Both the position numbers and the translations under genes were made by a program. 64,000 nt of DNA, taken from the sequence record SRR31156797_3768; one strand, written 5' to 3'. Positions 46,448 to 57,618 of the stretch are shown here, in pieces (position 1 is the stretch's first letter; every line of letters starts with the position of its first letter). The notes beneath the pieces are model-generated. The model was not told the origin of the DNA. It worked only from the letters and a program-made list of their open reading frames with translations, and did not search any database.

Positions 46448-47170
46448 ATGATTACTTTTTCAGAAATATCTGCAGCCTATGATGGCAATCATCAAGTGAT
46501 CGCGGATTTGTCGTTTCAAGTAGAGAAACCGGCGATCGTAGGGATCATCGGACCAAATGGGGCAGGGAAGTCAACGCTGATCAAAGCGGCGTTGAAGTTG
46601 ATCCCTTCCAGTGGGAACATGAGTGTCAACAAAAAAGCGTTAAAAGACTTTCAAAAGGAAATTGCCTATGTCGAACAAAAGACCGCGGTTGATTACACGT
46701 TTCCGATCACAGTCAAAGAAGTCGTATCTTTAGGCTTGTATCCTAAGATGCGCATGTTCCAAAGAATGTCTGCCAATGATTGGCAGAAAGTGACAGACGC
46801 TCTGGCAGCGGTAGAAATGGAATCCTTTGCGGAACGTCAGATTGGGGAATTGTCCGGTGGGCAGTTTCAGCGGGTCTTGATTGCTCGAACGTTGGTGCAA
46901 GATGCCAACTATATTTTCCTTGATGAGCCCTTTGTAGGGATCGATGCCACCAGTGAAGCGATCATCGTCGGGCTGTTACGTAACTTGCGAGATGCTGGCA
47001 AGACGATTTTTATCGTTCACCATGATCTGGGGAAAATCACCGAATACTTTGATTACTTGGTTCTGCTCAATCAAACCCTGATCGCTGCGGGCCCAGTGAG
47101 TGAAGTCTTTACCGAAAGCAATTTGAAGCAAACATTTGGCGATGCGATCATCGTGAAAGGAGGCGTTTAA
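46448..47170 (+). CDS. efaC: Mn/Zn ABC transporter ATP-binding subunit (EfaC-like)
   Basis: [31 protein letters not shown]. Confidence 0.9.
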   Translation: MITFSEISAAYDGNHQVIADLSFQVEKPAIVGIIGPNGAGKSTLIKAALKLIPSSGNMSVNKKALKDFQKEIAYVEQKTAVDYTFPITVKEVVSLGLYPKMRMFQRMSANDWQKVTDALAAVEMESFAERQIGELSGGQFQRVLIARTLVQDANYIFLDEPFVGIDATSEAIIVGLLRNLRDAGKTIFIVHHDLGKITEYFDYLVLLNQTLIAAGPVSEVFTESNLKQTFGDAIIVKGGV

Positions 47171-47171
47171 C

Positions 47172-48929
47172 ATGTTGACAAGCTTTTTTACCAGTTTAAG
47201 TAACTATCATTTCTTGCAAAATGCCTTGATCACGGCAGTCGCGATCGGAATCGTCGCAGGGGTGATCGGTTGTTTTATTATCTTACGAGGGATGTCCTTG
47301 ATGGGGGATGCAATCTCTCATGCGGTCTTACCAGGGGTAGCCTTGTCTTATATCTTCGGCGTTCATTTTTTTGTCGGGGCGATCTTCTTTGGGATCTTGG
47401 CTTCCATGATTATTACCTATATCGCCAATAACAGTCTGATCAAAAGTGATACGGCGATCGGTATCACCTTTAGTTCGTTTCTAGCTTTAGGGGTTATCTT
47501 GATTGGGTTAGCAAACAGTTCGACTGATTTGTTTCACATTTTGTTTGGGAATGTGCTAGCTGTGCAAGATAGTGACAAATGGCTGACGATCGCTATCGCT
47601 ATCCTTGTGCTGGCAGTGATCATCCTCTTCTTCCGTCCGCTGCTGATCACTTCTTTTGATCCGATGATGGCAAAGGCCTTTGGGATGAAAGTGCAAGCCT
47701 ATCACTACTTATTGATGTTCTTATTAACTTTGGTTTCAGTGACAGCGATGCAAAGCGTCGGAACGATCTTGATCGTGGCTTTATTAGTCACTCCGGCAGC
47801 AACGGCTTATTTATATACAAAACAATTGAAGCATATGATGATCATCGCAGGGGTTTTAGGTGGTCTCGCCTCATTTATCGGCTTGTTTATCGGGTACAGC
47901 TTTAATATTGCCGCAGGATCAAGTATCGTTTTGACCGCAGGAGCCTTTTTCGTGATCGGTTTCTTGTTCTCACCAAAACAAAAGACCAGTCCAGTCAAGC
48001 GCTGGTCAGCGACAGCGGTTTTAGCGACGGCAGCTGTAGCTGGTGGCTTCTTTTTGGCACAGCAAAACGGACAGACGGCCCAAACAGAAGGGAAACTTTC
48101 AGTAGTAGCGACCAATTCGATCATTGCTGATATTACGGAAAACATTGCCGGTGATCGAATCGATCTTCACAGTATCGTACCAGTGGGGCGTGATCCCCAT
48201 GAATATGAACCTTTAGTGGAAGATGTTCGAAAAGCGACCGATGCCGATCTTATTCTTTACAACGGCTTGAATCTAGAAACTGGCGGCAATGGCTGGTTTA
48301 CCAAATTGATGAACAATGCCAATAAGGTAGAAAATGACGATTACTTTGCCGTCAGTGATGGCGTGGATGTGCTTTATCTTTCTGATGACGAAGACCACAG
48401 CAAAGCCGATCCTCATGCCTGGTTAAATCTAGAAAACGGCATGATCTATGCCCGTAACATCGCTCAACGCCTGAGTGAAAAGGACCCTGACAATCGCTCT
48501 TTCTATGAAGAAAACCTTGAACGCTACTTGGCTTCATTAGAAGAACTGGATCAGCAAGCGAAGGAAAACTTCCAATCGATTCCCGAAGAGAAGAAATTGA
48601 TCGTCACCAGTGAGGGAGCCTTCAAATACTTCTCCAAAGCCTATGGTGTACCATCTGCCTATATTTGGGAAATCAATACCGAAGAAGAAGGTACCCCTGC
48701 GCAAATCAAAAACTTAGTGGATCAGCTGCAAAACTCAGCCGTCGCTTCCTTGTTTGTTGAAAGCAGCGTCAATACTCGTCCAATGCAAAGTGTTTCTCGT
48801 GATGCGGGCATTCCGATTTTCGGAACCGTCTTTACCGATTCGATTGCAGAACCGGGAGAAGAAGGCGACAGCTACTACAACATGATGAAGTGGAATCTCG
48901 AGACGATTTATCAAGGCTTGAATCAATAA
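47172..48929 (+). CDS. Fused Mn ABC permease + PsaA/EfaA-type binding domain (585 aa)
   Basis: N-half [26 protein letters not shown]-half [36 protein letters not shown]; one open frame. Confidence 0.9.
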   Translation: MLTSFFTSLSNYHFLQNALITAVAIGIVAGVIGCFIILRGMSLMGDAISHAVLPGVALSYIFGVHFFVGAIFFGILASMIITYIANNSLIKSDTAIGITFSSFLALGVILIGLANSSTDLFHILFGNVLAVQDSDKWLTIAIAILVLAVIILFFRPLLITSFDPMMAKAFGMKVQAYHYLLMFLLTLVSVTAMQSVGTILIVALLVTPAATAYLYTKQLKHMMIIAGVLGGLASFIGLFIGYSFNIAAGSSIVLTAGAFFVIGFLFSPKQKTSPVKRWSATAVLATAAVAGGFFLAQQNGQTAQTEGKLSVVATNSIIADITENIAGDRIDLHSIVPVGRDPHEYEPLVEDVRKATDADLILYNGLNLETGGNGWFTKLMNNANKVENDDYFAVSDGVDVLYLSDDEDHSKADPHAWLNLENGMIYARNIAQRLSEKDPDNRSFYEENLERYLASLEELDQQAKENFQSIPEEKKLIVTSEGAFKYFSKAYGVPSAYIWEINTEEEGTPAQIKNLVDQLQNSAVASLFVESSVNTRPMQSVSRDAGIPIFGTVFTDSIAEPGEEGDSYYNMMKWNLETIYQGLNQ

Positions 48930-48932
48930 AGC

Positions 48933-48973
48933 AAAAAAACATCCTTAGCTCGTTCTGGCTAAGGATGTTTTTT
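48933..48973. terminator. Bidirectional terminator
   Basis: AAAAAAACATCCTTAGC-tcgttctg-GCTAAGGATGTTTTTT. Confidence 0.85.
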
Positions 48974-49132
48974 CGTCGTATTTTTGTGCTGGAGAAAAGC
49001 AAAGAGATAAAATCCGCAGCCCATCAAGGCAGCAAGAAATGCGATGACAGGAAAGTACAACCCCTGACCGTAAACATAGGCTGTATAAGCAAAGAAGGCG
49101 ATCAAAAACCAGAGCGTTCCTGAGATGAGCAT
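48959..49132 (-). CDS. Small two-TM membrane protein, 57 aa (not in ORF track)
   Basis: AGGAGG RBS upstream of ATG; MLISGTLWFLIAFFAYTAYVYGQGLYFPVIAFLAALMGCGFYLFAFLQHKNTTKKHP*. Confidence 0.72.
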   Translation of the reverse strand: MLISGTLWFLIAFFAYTAYVYGQGLYFPVIAFLAALMGCGFYLFAFLQHKNTTKKHP

Positions 49133-49199
49133 TTTTTGGTTCCTCCTAATTGTTTAAAAGTATTTATTTGGTATATTTTAACACGATAGGGGCAAAAAG

Positions 49200-49245
49200 A
49201 AAATCAGCGAATCGAACGTTTGCTGAAACGATTTGCTGATTTTTT
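49200..49245. terminator. Intrinsic terminator for the metallophosphoesterase gene
   Basis: AAAATCAGCGAATCG...CGATTTGCTGATTTT flanked by A and T tracts. Confidence 0.65.
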
Positions 49246-49266
49246 CCCAATTATAACGATGAACAG

Positions 49267-50127
49267 TTAAGAAACGTTCAATTGCTGTTGCGGTTCTAAA
49301 TGGTAATAAAGGATCTCTGGCGGGACGCCGAGTCGGGCGGGAATCTTGGTCATACCGACCCCACTGGAAACACTCAATAAGGTCTCATTTCCTAAAAGGT
49401 AGAGCCCATCGGTATATTTCAACGCGCCCTTTGTTTTCGCATAATAAAAAGGCAAGCGAATCTGCCCGCCATGGCTATGGCCAGAAAGAATCAAGTCGTA
49501 GTTTGGCAGATTGGTGATCCGAGAAACATAATCGGGTTCATGGAGCAAAAGCAGCTGCCATTCTGCTAAGGTTGCTTCATAGGTAAAACTGACTTTCGGA
49601 CTTTCTATATCGATACCGACAATATTCATCGACGTCTTGTCATCAGAACCAAAAACCGACTCATTATCAAGTAAGGTAAACCCTGCATGCTGGTATATTT
49701 CCTTAACAAAGTAATGACCGTCATTCAAATGGTCATGGTTCCCCATAACTGCGATCTTACCCAGAGGCGCTTGCAATTTTTTCAGCTTTTCGATCAGTCG
49801 CTTGGTTGAACGATGCGGCCATTTTTTATAATTATCGATCAGATCCCCCGTGATGATGATCAGATCCGGCTTGTTTTGGATCGTTGATCGAATGATGCGA
49901 TTCATTCGTCTTGGTTTAAACCAACGAGAAAAATGGAGATCACTGATATGGGCAATCACGATATTGCTTTCTGCTTGGTAAAGGTCATAAGCTTTTGAAA
50001 TATCTAAGACGGTGCGCTTGTCTTTTTTTATGAGATAATGCCGTTGTTTGAGAAGATGCGGTTCAATAATAAAGGAGTAAACTAGCAAGCCCGTAAGGAG
50101 GAATGCAATAAGAATGAGGGTGTACAT
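49267..50127 (-). CDS. Calcineurin-like metallophosphoesterase (YkuE/YkoQ-like) with N-terminal membrane anchor
   Basis: SDLH, TGDLID, GNHD, HEPD, SGHSHGGQ. Confidence 0.92.
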   Translation of the reverse strand: MYTLILIAFLLTGLLVYSFIIEPHLLKQRHYLIKKDKRTVLDISKAYDLYQAESNIVIAHISDLHFSRWFKPRRMNRIIRSTIQNKPDLIIITGDLIDNYKKWPHRSTKRLIEKLKKLQAPLGKIAVMGNHDHLNDGHYFVKEIYQHAGFTLLDNESVFGSDDKTSMNIVGIDIESPKVSFTYEATLAEWQLLLLHEPDYVSRITNLPNYDLILSGHSHGGQIRLPFYYAKTKGALKYTDGLYLLGNETLLSVSSGVGMTKIPARLGVPPEILYYHLEPQQQLNVS

Positions 50128-50300
50128 GGCGTGGCTCCTTTTTTGATTTGCTAGTTTCTAGCATAGTAGATTCTTACAAAAAAAGCAATCATACGGAAGC
50201 AAAAATAACAAAAAATATCCATCGTATTTCGCTTGATTTTTCCATTAAAAAAGATACAAAAGAAGCTGCAACAGCCTATCTTTTGTATCCTAGATCGCAA

Positions 50301-51017
50301 TTATTTGATTTTCACCAATCGTTTGAAGCGTGCCTTGTGTTTGACAGGGATCAAAGCCATGACACAATCATAAGGGACAGAGATGATCGCCCATGCGAGA
50401 CTTTTACTTGAAGCAAAGGGATAGTTTTGCTGTAAGACAAAATGGCCACTGATCAAGGCAAAACCGATACTACCGACCCAAAGCCATTGCGGGTCCCAAT
50501 TCGTGAAGTGCTGGAGGGCTGTGATGACAAACGGATAGCCGTAAAAGTACAATGCAGTCAAAACGAAAGTGACATTTTTGGTTAATTGACGCAAGGTCAG
50601 TAAGAAAAACAAGCCAGAAAGAACGATACCCAATGGAGGGAACAGACTAACTAAGAAGGAATAAACGATGCCCCATACGATCATGCCAGGTCCTTTGACG
50701 AGAGCAGCTATGACAAAGACAAAAAGTAGGAATAAGAGCTGTTGCGAAAAACTTGCTGCCGTCAAAAGTCCGAAGAAACCAACCAATAACCAGTGAGAAA
50801 AAGTCGCTGTTTGATTCTTTTGTGGCGTCTGCTGCTGCAGTTTTAGCCATGTAGCAAAATTGGGGAAATCTTGCTGGAAATTTCGCTGAAAATCGCTATT
50901 GAATGCTTGATGGGCATTTTGCTGCCGATAGTAGTGATATTGATTTTTTAACGTGCCTTTAGCTGCTGCTTTTTGGCCAGAAAAAAAGCGGCCGGGATCA
51001 ATTTTTGATCGTTCCAT
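50301..51017 (-). CDS. Hypothetical multi-pass membrane protein
   Basis: GGAGGTGG RBS; Gln-rich soluble N-terminus then several hydrophobic segments. Confidence 0.75.
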   Translation of the reverse strand: MERSKIDPGRFFSGQKAAAKGTLKNQYHYYRQQNAHQAFNSDFQRNFQQDFPNFATWLKLQQQTPQKNQTATFSHWLLVGFFGLLTAASFSQQLLFLLFVFVIAALVKGPGMIVWGIVYSFLVSLFPPLGIVLSGLFFLLTLRQLTKNVTFVLTALYFYGYPFVITALQHFTNWDPQWLWVGSIGFALISGHFVLQQNYPFASSKSLAWAIISVPYDCVMALIPVKHKARFKRLVKIK

Positions 51018-51202
51018 ATTTCCACCTCCATACGATTTCGTTACACTCAGTATAGAGAAAATCAGCTTCGGCGTCCTCCAACTTTGGGCGGATTTTTTTT
51101 GCTTGCTGAAAGTTTTCTTAAACTGCTGAAAAAAGCGAAGAGGATTCGTTTCTTAAACCGTCAAAATATGCTAGAGTATAGAAGGACTAAGGAGGAGATT
51201 TC

Positions 51203-51965
51203 ATGATTTTTGATTCTCATACACATTTGAATGCAGAACAGTTTAACGAAGACATTCCCGAAACGGTCGCCCGTGCGCAAGAACTAGGAGTAACGGAGAT
51301 GGCGGTCGTCGGTTTCGATCAGCCAACGATTGAAAAATCGTTAGCATTAAGCAAAGAATATCCTGGCATTTACAGCATTATCGGTTGGCATCCCACCGAA
51401 GCTGGTTCTTATACCCCACACGTAGAAACCTATTTGCAAGAGCGCTTGGAACGACCAAAAGTCGTTGCCCTAGGTGAAATCGGTTTAGACTACCACTGGA
51501 TGGAAGATCCGAAAGAAGTTCAAGAAAAGGTCTTTCGTCGGCAAATGGCAATCGCTCGTGAACATCAGCTGCCCATCAGTATTCATACCCGTGAAGCCTT
51601 AGAAGATACCTATGCGATCTTAAAGGATGAAAAAGTCCAAACAATCGGTGGTATTATGCACAGCTTTAGTGGAGACGGAGAATGGGCGAAAAAGTTCTTG
51701 GATCTAGGAATGTACATTTCCTTTAGTGGTGTCGTGACCTTCAAAAAGTCTACGGAGGTACAAGAAGCTGCACTAGTCGTGCCACAAGATCGGCTACTCG
51801 TTGAGACTGACGCGCCGTATTTAGCCCCTGTTCCTTATCGCGGCAAACGCAATGAACCCGGCTATACCCATTATGTGGTGGATAAAATCGCGGAGCTGCG
51901 GCAAGAAGCGGTCGCTGATGTTGCGGCCTACACAACAAAAAATGCCCACCGCTTGTTTAGGATCA

Positions 51966-51973
<8 letters not shown>
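51203..51973 (+). CDS. tatD: TatD family hydrolase (YabD/YcfH)
   Basis: DSHTH, GWHP, GEIGLDY, IHTR, MHSFSG, ETDAPYL; conserved tatD-rnmV-rsmA synteny. Confidence 0.95.
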
Positions 51974-53422
<1,449 letters not shown>

Positions 53423-53462
53423 CTTCTATAAAAACGGATGTTGAATAAACATTCGTTTTTTT

Positions 53463-53520
53463 GTGTCTTGACACCTTGTGGAAATACCAGTAGAATAAGC
53501 AAGACAGAACTGTCATGACA
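53463..53520 (+). promoter_or_regulatory. Promoter with two NiaR-type operators (TGTC-N2-GACA)
   Basis: GTGTCTTGACAC 53463-53474 overlaps -35 TTGACA; 17 nt to TAGAAT (53491-53496); TGTCATGACA 53511-53520. Confidence 0.78.
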
Positions 53521-53540
53521 CATTTAAGGAGAGAGTATAA

Positions 53541-54152
53541 ATGAAAAATCATTCCATCCGCCATTTAACGATCGCTGCATTGTTAATAGGCATGGGGATC
53601 GTCATTCCCATGGTAATGCCCAAAATCGTCATCGGACCTGCATCTTTTACCTTAGCTAGCCATGTTCCCGTATTTGTGGCGATGTTCTTTTCACCAGCGA
53701 TGGCGATCGCTGTAGCTTTAGGAACGACCTTTGGCTTTTTCTTAACACTACCACCAATCATTGCATTACGGGCATTGTCCCATGTTGTTTTTGCAGTCAT
53801 CGGTGCCTTTTATTTACAGAAGCACCCAGATATTTTACTGAAAAATGGCAAACCCTCTTTATTGAATATCAAATTTCAGAGCTTTAACTTGATTATCGGA
53901 TTGATTCATTCTGCCGTTGAAATGGCAGTCGTTGCCGCCTTTTACTTCACAGGAAATGTACCAGGGACAGCATTCGATGGCAATTTCTACTATTTCTTGT
54001 TCGTTTTGATGGGGATCGGTGGCTTGATCCATAGCTTGATCGATTTCAATTTGGCTTATTTTGTTGCAGGTGCCTTAAGCAAACAATTTGATATTCGTTC
54101 GTTTTCAAAAGCAAAAGGACGCTTTATTCAGAAACAGAAGAAAGCGGCATAA
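53541..54152 (+). CDS. niaX: NiaX-type niacin ECF transporter S component
   Basis: IGPASFTLASHVP, IALRALSH, IHSLIDF motifs; NiaR boxes upstream. Confidence 0.8.
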   Translation: MKNHSIRHLTIAALLIGMGIVIPMVMPKIVIGPASFTLASHVPVFVAMFFSPAMAIAVALGTTFGFFLTLPPIIALRALSHVVFAVIGAFYLQKHPDILLKNGKPSLLNIKFQSFNLIIGLIHSAVEMAVVAAFYFTGNVPGTAFDGNFYYFLFVLMGIGGLIHSLIDFNLAYFVAGALSKQFDIRSFSKAKGRFIQKQKKAA

Positions 54153-54163
54153 GCGCCAGTTTG

Positions 54164-54197
54164 AATAGACCCGCTGCGTAAACGGGTCTATTTTTTT
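54164..54197 (+). terminator. Intrinsic terminator
   Basis: AATAGACCCG-ctgcgtaaa-CGGGTCTATTTTTTT. Confidence 0.8.
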
Positions 54198-54290
54198 GTG
54201 TTTAGATTAAGAAAATACTCCCTCTTAAAACGTTTATTATAGTGAAATAATAAACAGAAATAAGTTATAATATAAAAGAGGAGGAAGTAG

Positions 54291-55061
54291 ATGAAGAAGA
54301 AAAAGTTAAAACGGTTACTTTTAGGTATGTTCGTCTTGATGCTCTTCTTTCTGCTGATTTTTTATGACAGTAAGAATGGGCAGTCCCCCTTTGAAAAGAT
54401 AGAGGATGAATTGACACTAGCACTTTCGGATGAAGAACAAACACCAGAGCCTGAATACAGTGACGTTATTCAATTGGACGTTCCGTTAGAAAATCAATTC
54501 GATGAAGTTACGTTAGGAAATGGTTGTGAAGTAACGGCTTTATCGATGCTCTTGAATTTTTACGGATTTGATACCAATAAAAATCAATTGGCAGAAGAAT
54601 TAGTGTATGTCCCACTTTATGAGGATTATAATCACCATGGAGATCCGCGAGAAGGCTTTGTTGGAAACATCTATGGCGGCGATAGCGCGATGGGTGTTGA
54701 CGTAGAACCGATCACTGATGTCGCCGAAAGTATTGTAAAAGAGCAATATGAAGTCGTTAGTGGACGAGACAAAAGTTTTGATGAGATCGTCAAAGTCCTG
54801 CAATCTGGGAAACCAGTTTGGATGATCGCGACGTTAGAATTACAAGTACCTACCGATGCTGATTTCTTTCAATGGAATACCCAAAATGGCGAAATCCTTG
54901 TGACTGCATTGATCCATTCGGTAGTGATCACTGGCATCGATGGTGATACGATGTATGTCAACGACCCTTATGGGCATAAGGATCGCGAAGTCAGCAAAGA
55001 AGACTTAGCAGCGATCTATGAAAAAATGGGTCAGCAATACTTATATTTAGAAGAAATCTAA
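54291..55061 (+). CDS. Membrane-anchored C39-like family peptidase (YvpB-like)
   Basis: N-terminal signal anchor; NGCEVTALSM, GDPREGFVG, HSVVITG, YVNDP (Cys-His-Asp). Confidence 0.85.
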   Translation: MKKKKLKRLLLGMFVLMLFFLLIFYDSKNGQSPFEKIEDELTLALSDEEQTPEPEYSDVIQLDVPLENQFDEVTLGNGCEVTALSMLLNFYGFDTNKNQLAEELVYVPLYEDYNHHGDPREGFVGNIYGGDSAMGVDVEPITDVAESIVKEQYEVVSGRDKSFDEIVKVLQSGKPVWMIATLELQVPTDADFFQWNTQNGEILVTALIHSVVITGIDGDTMYVNDPYGHKDREVSKEDLAAIYEKMGQQYLYLEEI

Positions 55062-55081
55062 GAAAAAGTCTCAACTTGCCG

Positions 55082-55110
55082 TTGACAGTAAATGAAAAAA
55101 CAATTATAAT
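55082..55110 (+). promoter_or_regulatory. Consensus SigA promoter of the met operon
   Basis: TTGACA-17-TATAAT. Confidence 0.85.
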
Positions 55111-55134
55111 TTTTTAAAATTAAACAAAGAATTC

Positions 55135-55395
55135 GATAACGTTGAAGAGAAGAGTAGCAGATCAACAAAGGTACAGAGACTCCGGTTGGTGAAAAAGGAG
55201 ACATGCGGTGATCAGTGAAGATGAGCTCTGAGTTTTTTTGTTGGTTCACGCCAGCAAAACGGCATGCGCCCGTTACAGCGCCAAGTATCATAGTGTACTG
55301 TTGAGGTGTTATTTGTGAGAATAGCACGAATTAGGGTGGTAACGCGCATCAAGTCGTCCCTTTTATCCATAAGGATAAAAGGGCGGCTTTTTTTG
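55135..55395 (+). ncRNA. T-box leader, methionine specifier
   Basis: AGTA, AGAGA, GGTGAAA stem I motifs; specifier GAAG-ATG-A (ATG 55221-55223); GCCCGTTA; T-box AATTAGGGTGGTAACGCG 55329-55346; terminator 55351-55394. Confidence 0.93.
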
Positions 55396-55460
55396 TTTTT
55401 CACAGCCGAAACTGTTCGCTTTCTCTTCGACAAGAAATTTATCTGTAAGGGGTTGAAGCA

Positions 55461-56429
55461 ATGCCAATCATTATTCCCAAAGAATTACCCGCTGCAGCGG
55501 TCCTGCAAAAAGAAAATGTCTTTGCCTTACTGCAGCATAAAGCGGCGAAGCAAGAGATCCGTCCCTTGAAAATCGCGATCGTCAATTTGATGCCGAAAAA
55601 GATCGCTACAGAAAATCAGTTGTTGCGTTTACTTTCCCAAAGTCCACTGCAAATTGAGGTGACTTTACTAAAAATGAAATACCACGAAAGCAAAAACACC
55701 TCTGTCGATCACATGGAAAAGTTTTATCAAGAATTTTCAGTGATCCAGCCGCAACGATTCGATGGCTTGATCATCACCGGAGCCCCAGTTGAAAAAATGG
55801 CATTCGAAGCCATTGACTATTGGCAAGAACTACAAGAAATCATGGATTGGAGTCAGACGAATTGCACTTCAGTCCTACATATTTGCTGGGGGGCACAAGC
55901 GGGGCTTTATTACCATTACGGTATCGACAAAGTGTTGTACCAAAGCAAATTGTTCGGTGTCTTCGAACAAACAGTCACGCATTTTCATCCACTGGTTCGG
56001 GGCTTTGACGACGTCTTTTATACACCGCATTCGCGCTATACTGGCATCGATGATGTCCAGCTGGCCCAAGCGCCTTTAGAAATATTGGCAGCGGGCGTTG
56101 AAACAGGGCCTTCCATCTTCGTATCAGAAGATCATAAAAATGCCTTCTTGCTAGGACATTTTGAATACCACACAACGACCCTGAATGAAGAGTACTTGCG
56201 AGACATGGAACGGGGCTTAGATACCGCGTTGCCCAAAAATTACTTTGCTTATGACCGCTTAGGGGGAAAAATCACCAATCGTTGGCGGGGACATGCCTCT
56301 TTGTTTTTCAGCAATTGGATCAATGAAACCTATTTGCGAACGCCGTATGACCTGTCCGTCACGCCGACGAAAGAAGGCTACCGAATTGGCAGTGAGCCAG
56401 AAGGTCGGGTGAGTATCAATGACGATTGA
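55461..56429 (+). CDS. metA: Homoserine O-acyltransferase MetA family (probably acetyl-specific)
   Basis: NLMPKK, IITGAPVE, HICWGAQA, PHSRY, GHFEY; Glu in GAPVE is the residue associated with acetyl-CoA use. Confidence 0.93.
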   Translation: MPIIIPKELPAAAVLQKENVFALLQHKAAKQEIRPLKIAIVNLMPKKIATENQLLRLLSQSPLQIEVTLLKMKYHESKNTSVDHMEKFYQEFSVIQPQRFDGLIITGAPVEKMAFEAIDYWQELQEIMDWSQTNCTSVLHICWGAQAGLYYHYGIDKVLYQSKLFGVFEQTVTHFHPLVRGFDDVFYTPHSRYTGIDDVQLAQAPLEILAAGVETGPSIFVSEDHKNAFLLGHFEYHTTTLNEEYLRDMERGLDTALPKNYFAYDRLGGKITNRWRGHASLFFSNWINETYLRTPYDLSVTPTKEGYRIGSEPEGRVSINDD

Positions 56430-57618
56430 GCATTTTCTCTCCCACTATGCCAGGCAGCGAAAAGGCACCAATTCTTTAAAATGGGATCTTGTGGATCAAC
56501 GGTTCCAAGGAGAAAAGCTTTTGCCTTTATGGGTAGCTGATATGGATTTTGCGGCGCCAAAGGCAGTGGAAGAAGCCTTGCAGCAACTGGTTGCTCAAGG
56601 AACCTTTGGCTATGCGATTCCCCCCTCAGGCTATTTTTTAGCCTATCAAGCTTGGCAAGATCGCCACTGGGGAACGAAATTCGAAGAAAAATGGCTCTCG
56701 TTTTCCACAGGGGTCGTCCAATCTTTGGTTGATTTGCTTCATTGTTTCACAGAACGAGACGATGGCATCTTGATCCAGCCGCCCGTCTATTATCCCTTTT
56801 TTGACAGCATCAAAGAGACGAAAAGGCGCTTGATAGAAGCACCCTTGCAAAAGGTGAAGAATTCCTATCAAATCGATTTTGCTGCTTTTGAAGCCAAAAT
56901 CATTGAAGAAAAAGTGAAACTATTTATTCTCTGCTCCCCCCACAATCCAGTAGGGCGGGTCTGGCAAGAGAAAGAACTGCATCAGTTATTGGCCATTTGC
57001 CAAAAACGTGAGGTTGTCGTGATCGCCGACGAGATCCATCGTGAACTGATACTCGGTGAGCAGCAATTTGTTTCAGCCGTGACAGTGGCACAGGGGTTCG
57101 GCTTTGAGAAGCTGATCGTTCTGGATTCGCCCTCAAAAACCTTCAACTTAGCAGGATTATTACTCTCTCATGTTTGGATTCCTGATTTAGAGATGCGCAG
57201 AGCCTATCAGGCTTGGTGCCGACAATACAAGCAGACGGAAGTCAATCGTTTGGGATTGGTGGCTGCGAAAGCCGCGTATGAATCGGGGGATCAATGGCTA
57301 GATGACCTGCTTTTGGTGGTTGCTGCCAATGAACAAATGGTCCGCCAGCAACTGCAAGAAGCATTTCCCAAAATTGAGCTCCTGCCATTAGAAGGAACCT
57401 ATCTTCTCTGGGTCGATCTGCGGCAAGTCATCGCCAAAGAACGAACCAAGCACGTGATCCAAGATACTGCCGGTCTGGCAGTCGACTATGGGGAATGGTT
57501 TTCACAAGAAGGTCAGGGCTTGATTCGTCTGAATCTTGCGACAACACCAACGATCATTCAAAAAGCCCTTGATCGTTTGATTGAGGCAATCAAAAAGGAG
57601 GAACGACATGACCATTGA
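56419..57618 (+). CDS. patB: PatB/MalY family PLP C-S lyase (cystathionine beta-lyase)
   Basis: SLKWD, PLWVADMDF, CSPHNPVGRVW, DEIH, SPSKTFNLAG, EGTYLLW. Confidence 0.9.
   Translation: MTIEHFLSHYARQRKGTNSLKWDLVDQRFQGEKLLPLWVADMDFAAPKAVEEALQQLVAQGTFGYAIPPSGYFLAYQAWQDRHWGTKFEEKWLSFSTGVVQSLVDLLHCFTERDDGILIQPPVYYPFFDSIKETKRRLIEAPLQKVKNSYQIDFAAFEAKIIEEKVKLFILCSPHNPVGRVWQEKELHQLLAICQKREVVVIADEIHRELILGEQQFVSAVTVAQGFGFEKLIVLDSPSKTFNLAGLLLSHVWIPDLEMRRAYQAWCRQYKQTEVNRLGLVAAKAAYESGDQWLDDLLLVVAANEQMVRQQLQEAFPKIELLPLEGTYLLWVDLRQVIAKERTKHVIQDTAGLAVDYGEWFSQEGQGLIRLNLATTPTIIQKALDRLIEAIKKEERHDH

Noticed and set aside
1858-48929. Mn export (riboswitch ATPase) and Mn import (efa) as one system
   Set aside because: About 42 kb apart with unrelated genes between; co-occurrence in the window is likely incidental.
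54291-55061. C39 peptidase as a bacteriocin/peptide maturation system
   Set aside because: Stand-alone membrane-anchored C39-like protein; no ABC exporter domain, double-glycine precursor or immunity gene nearby.
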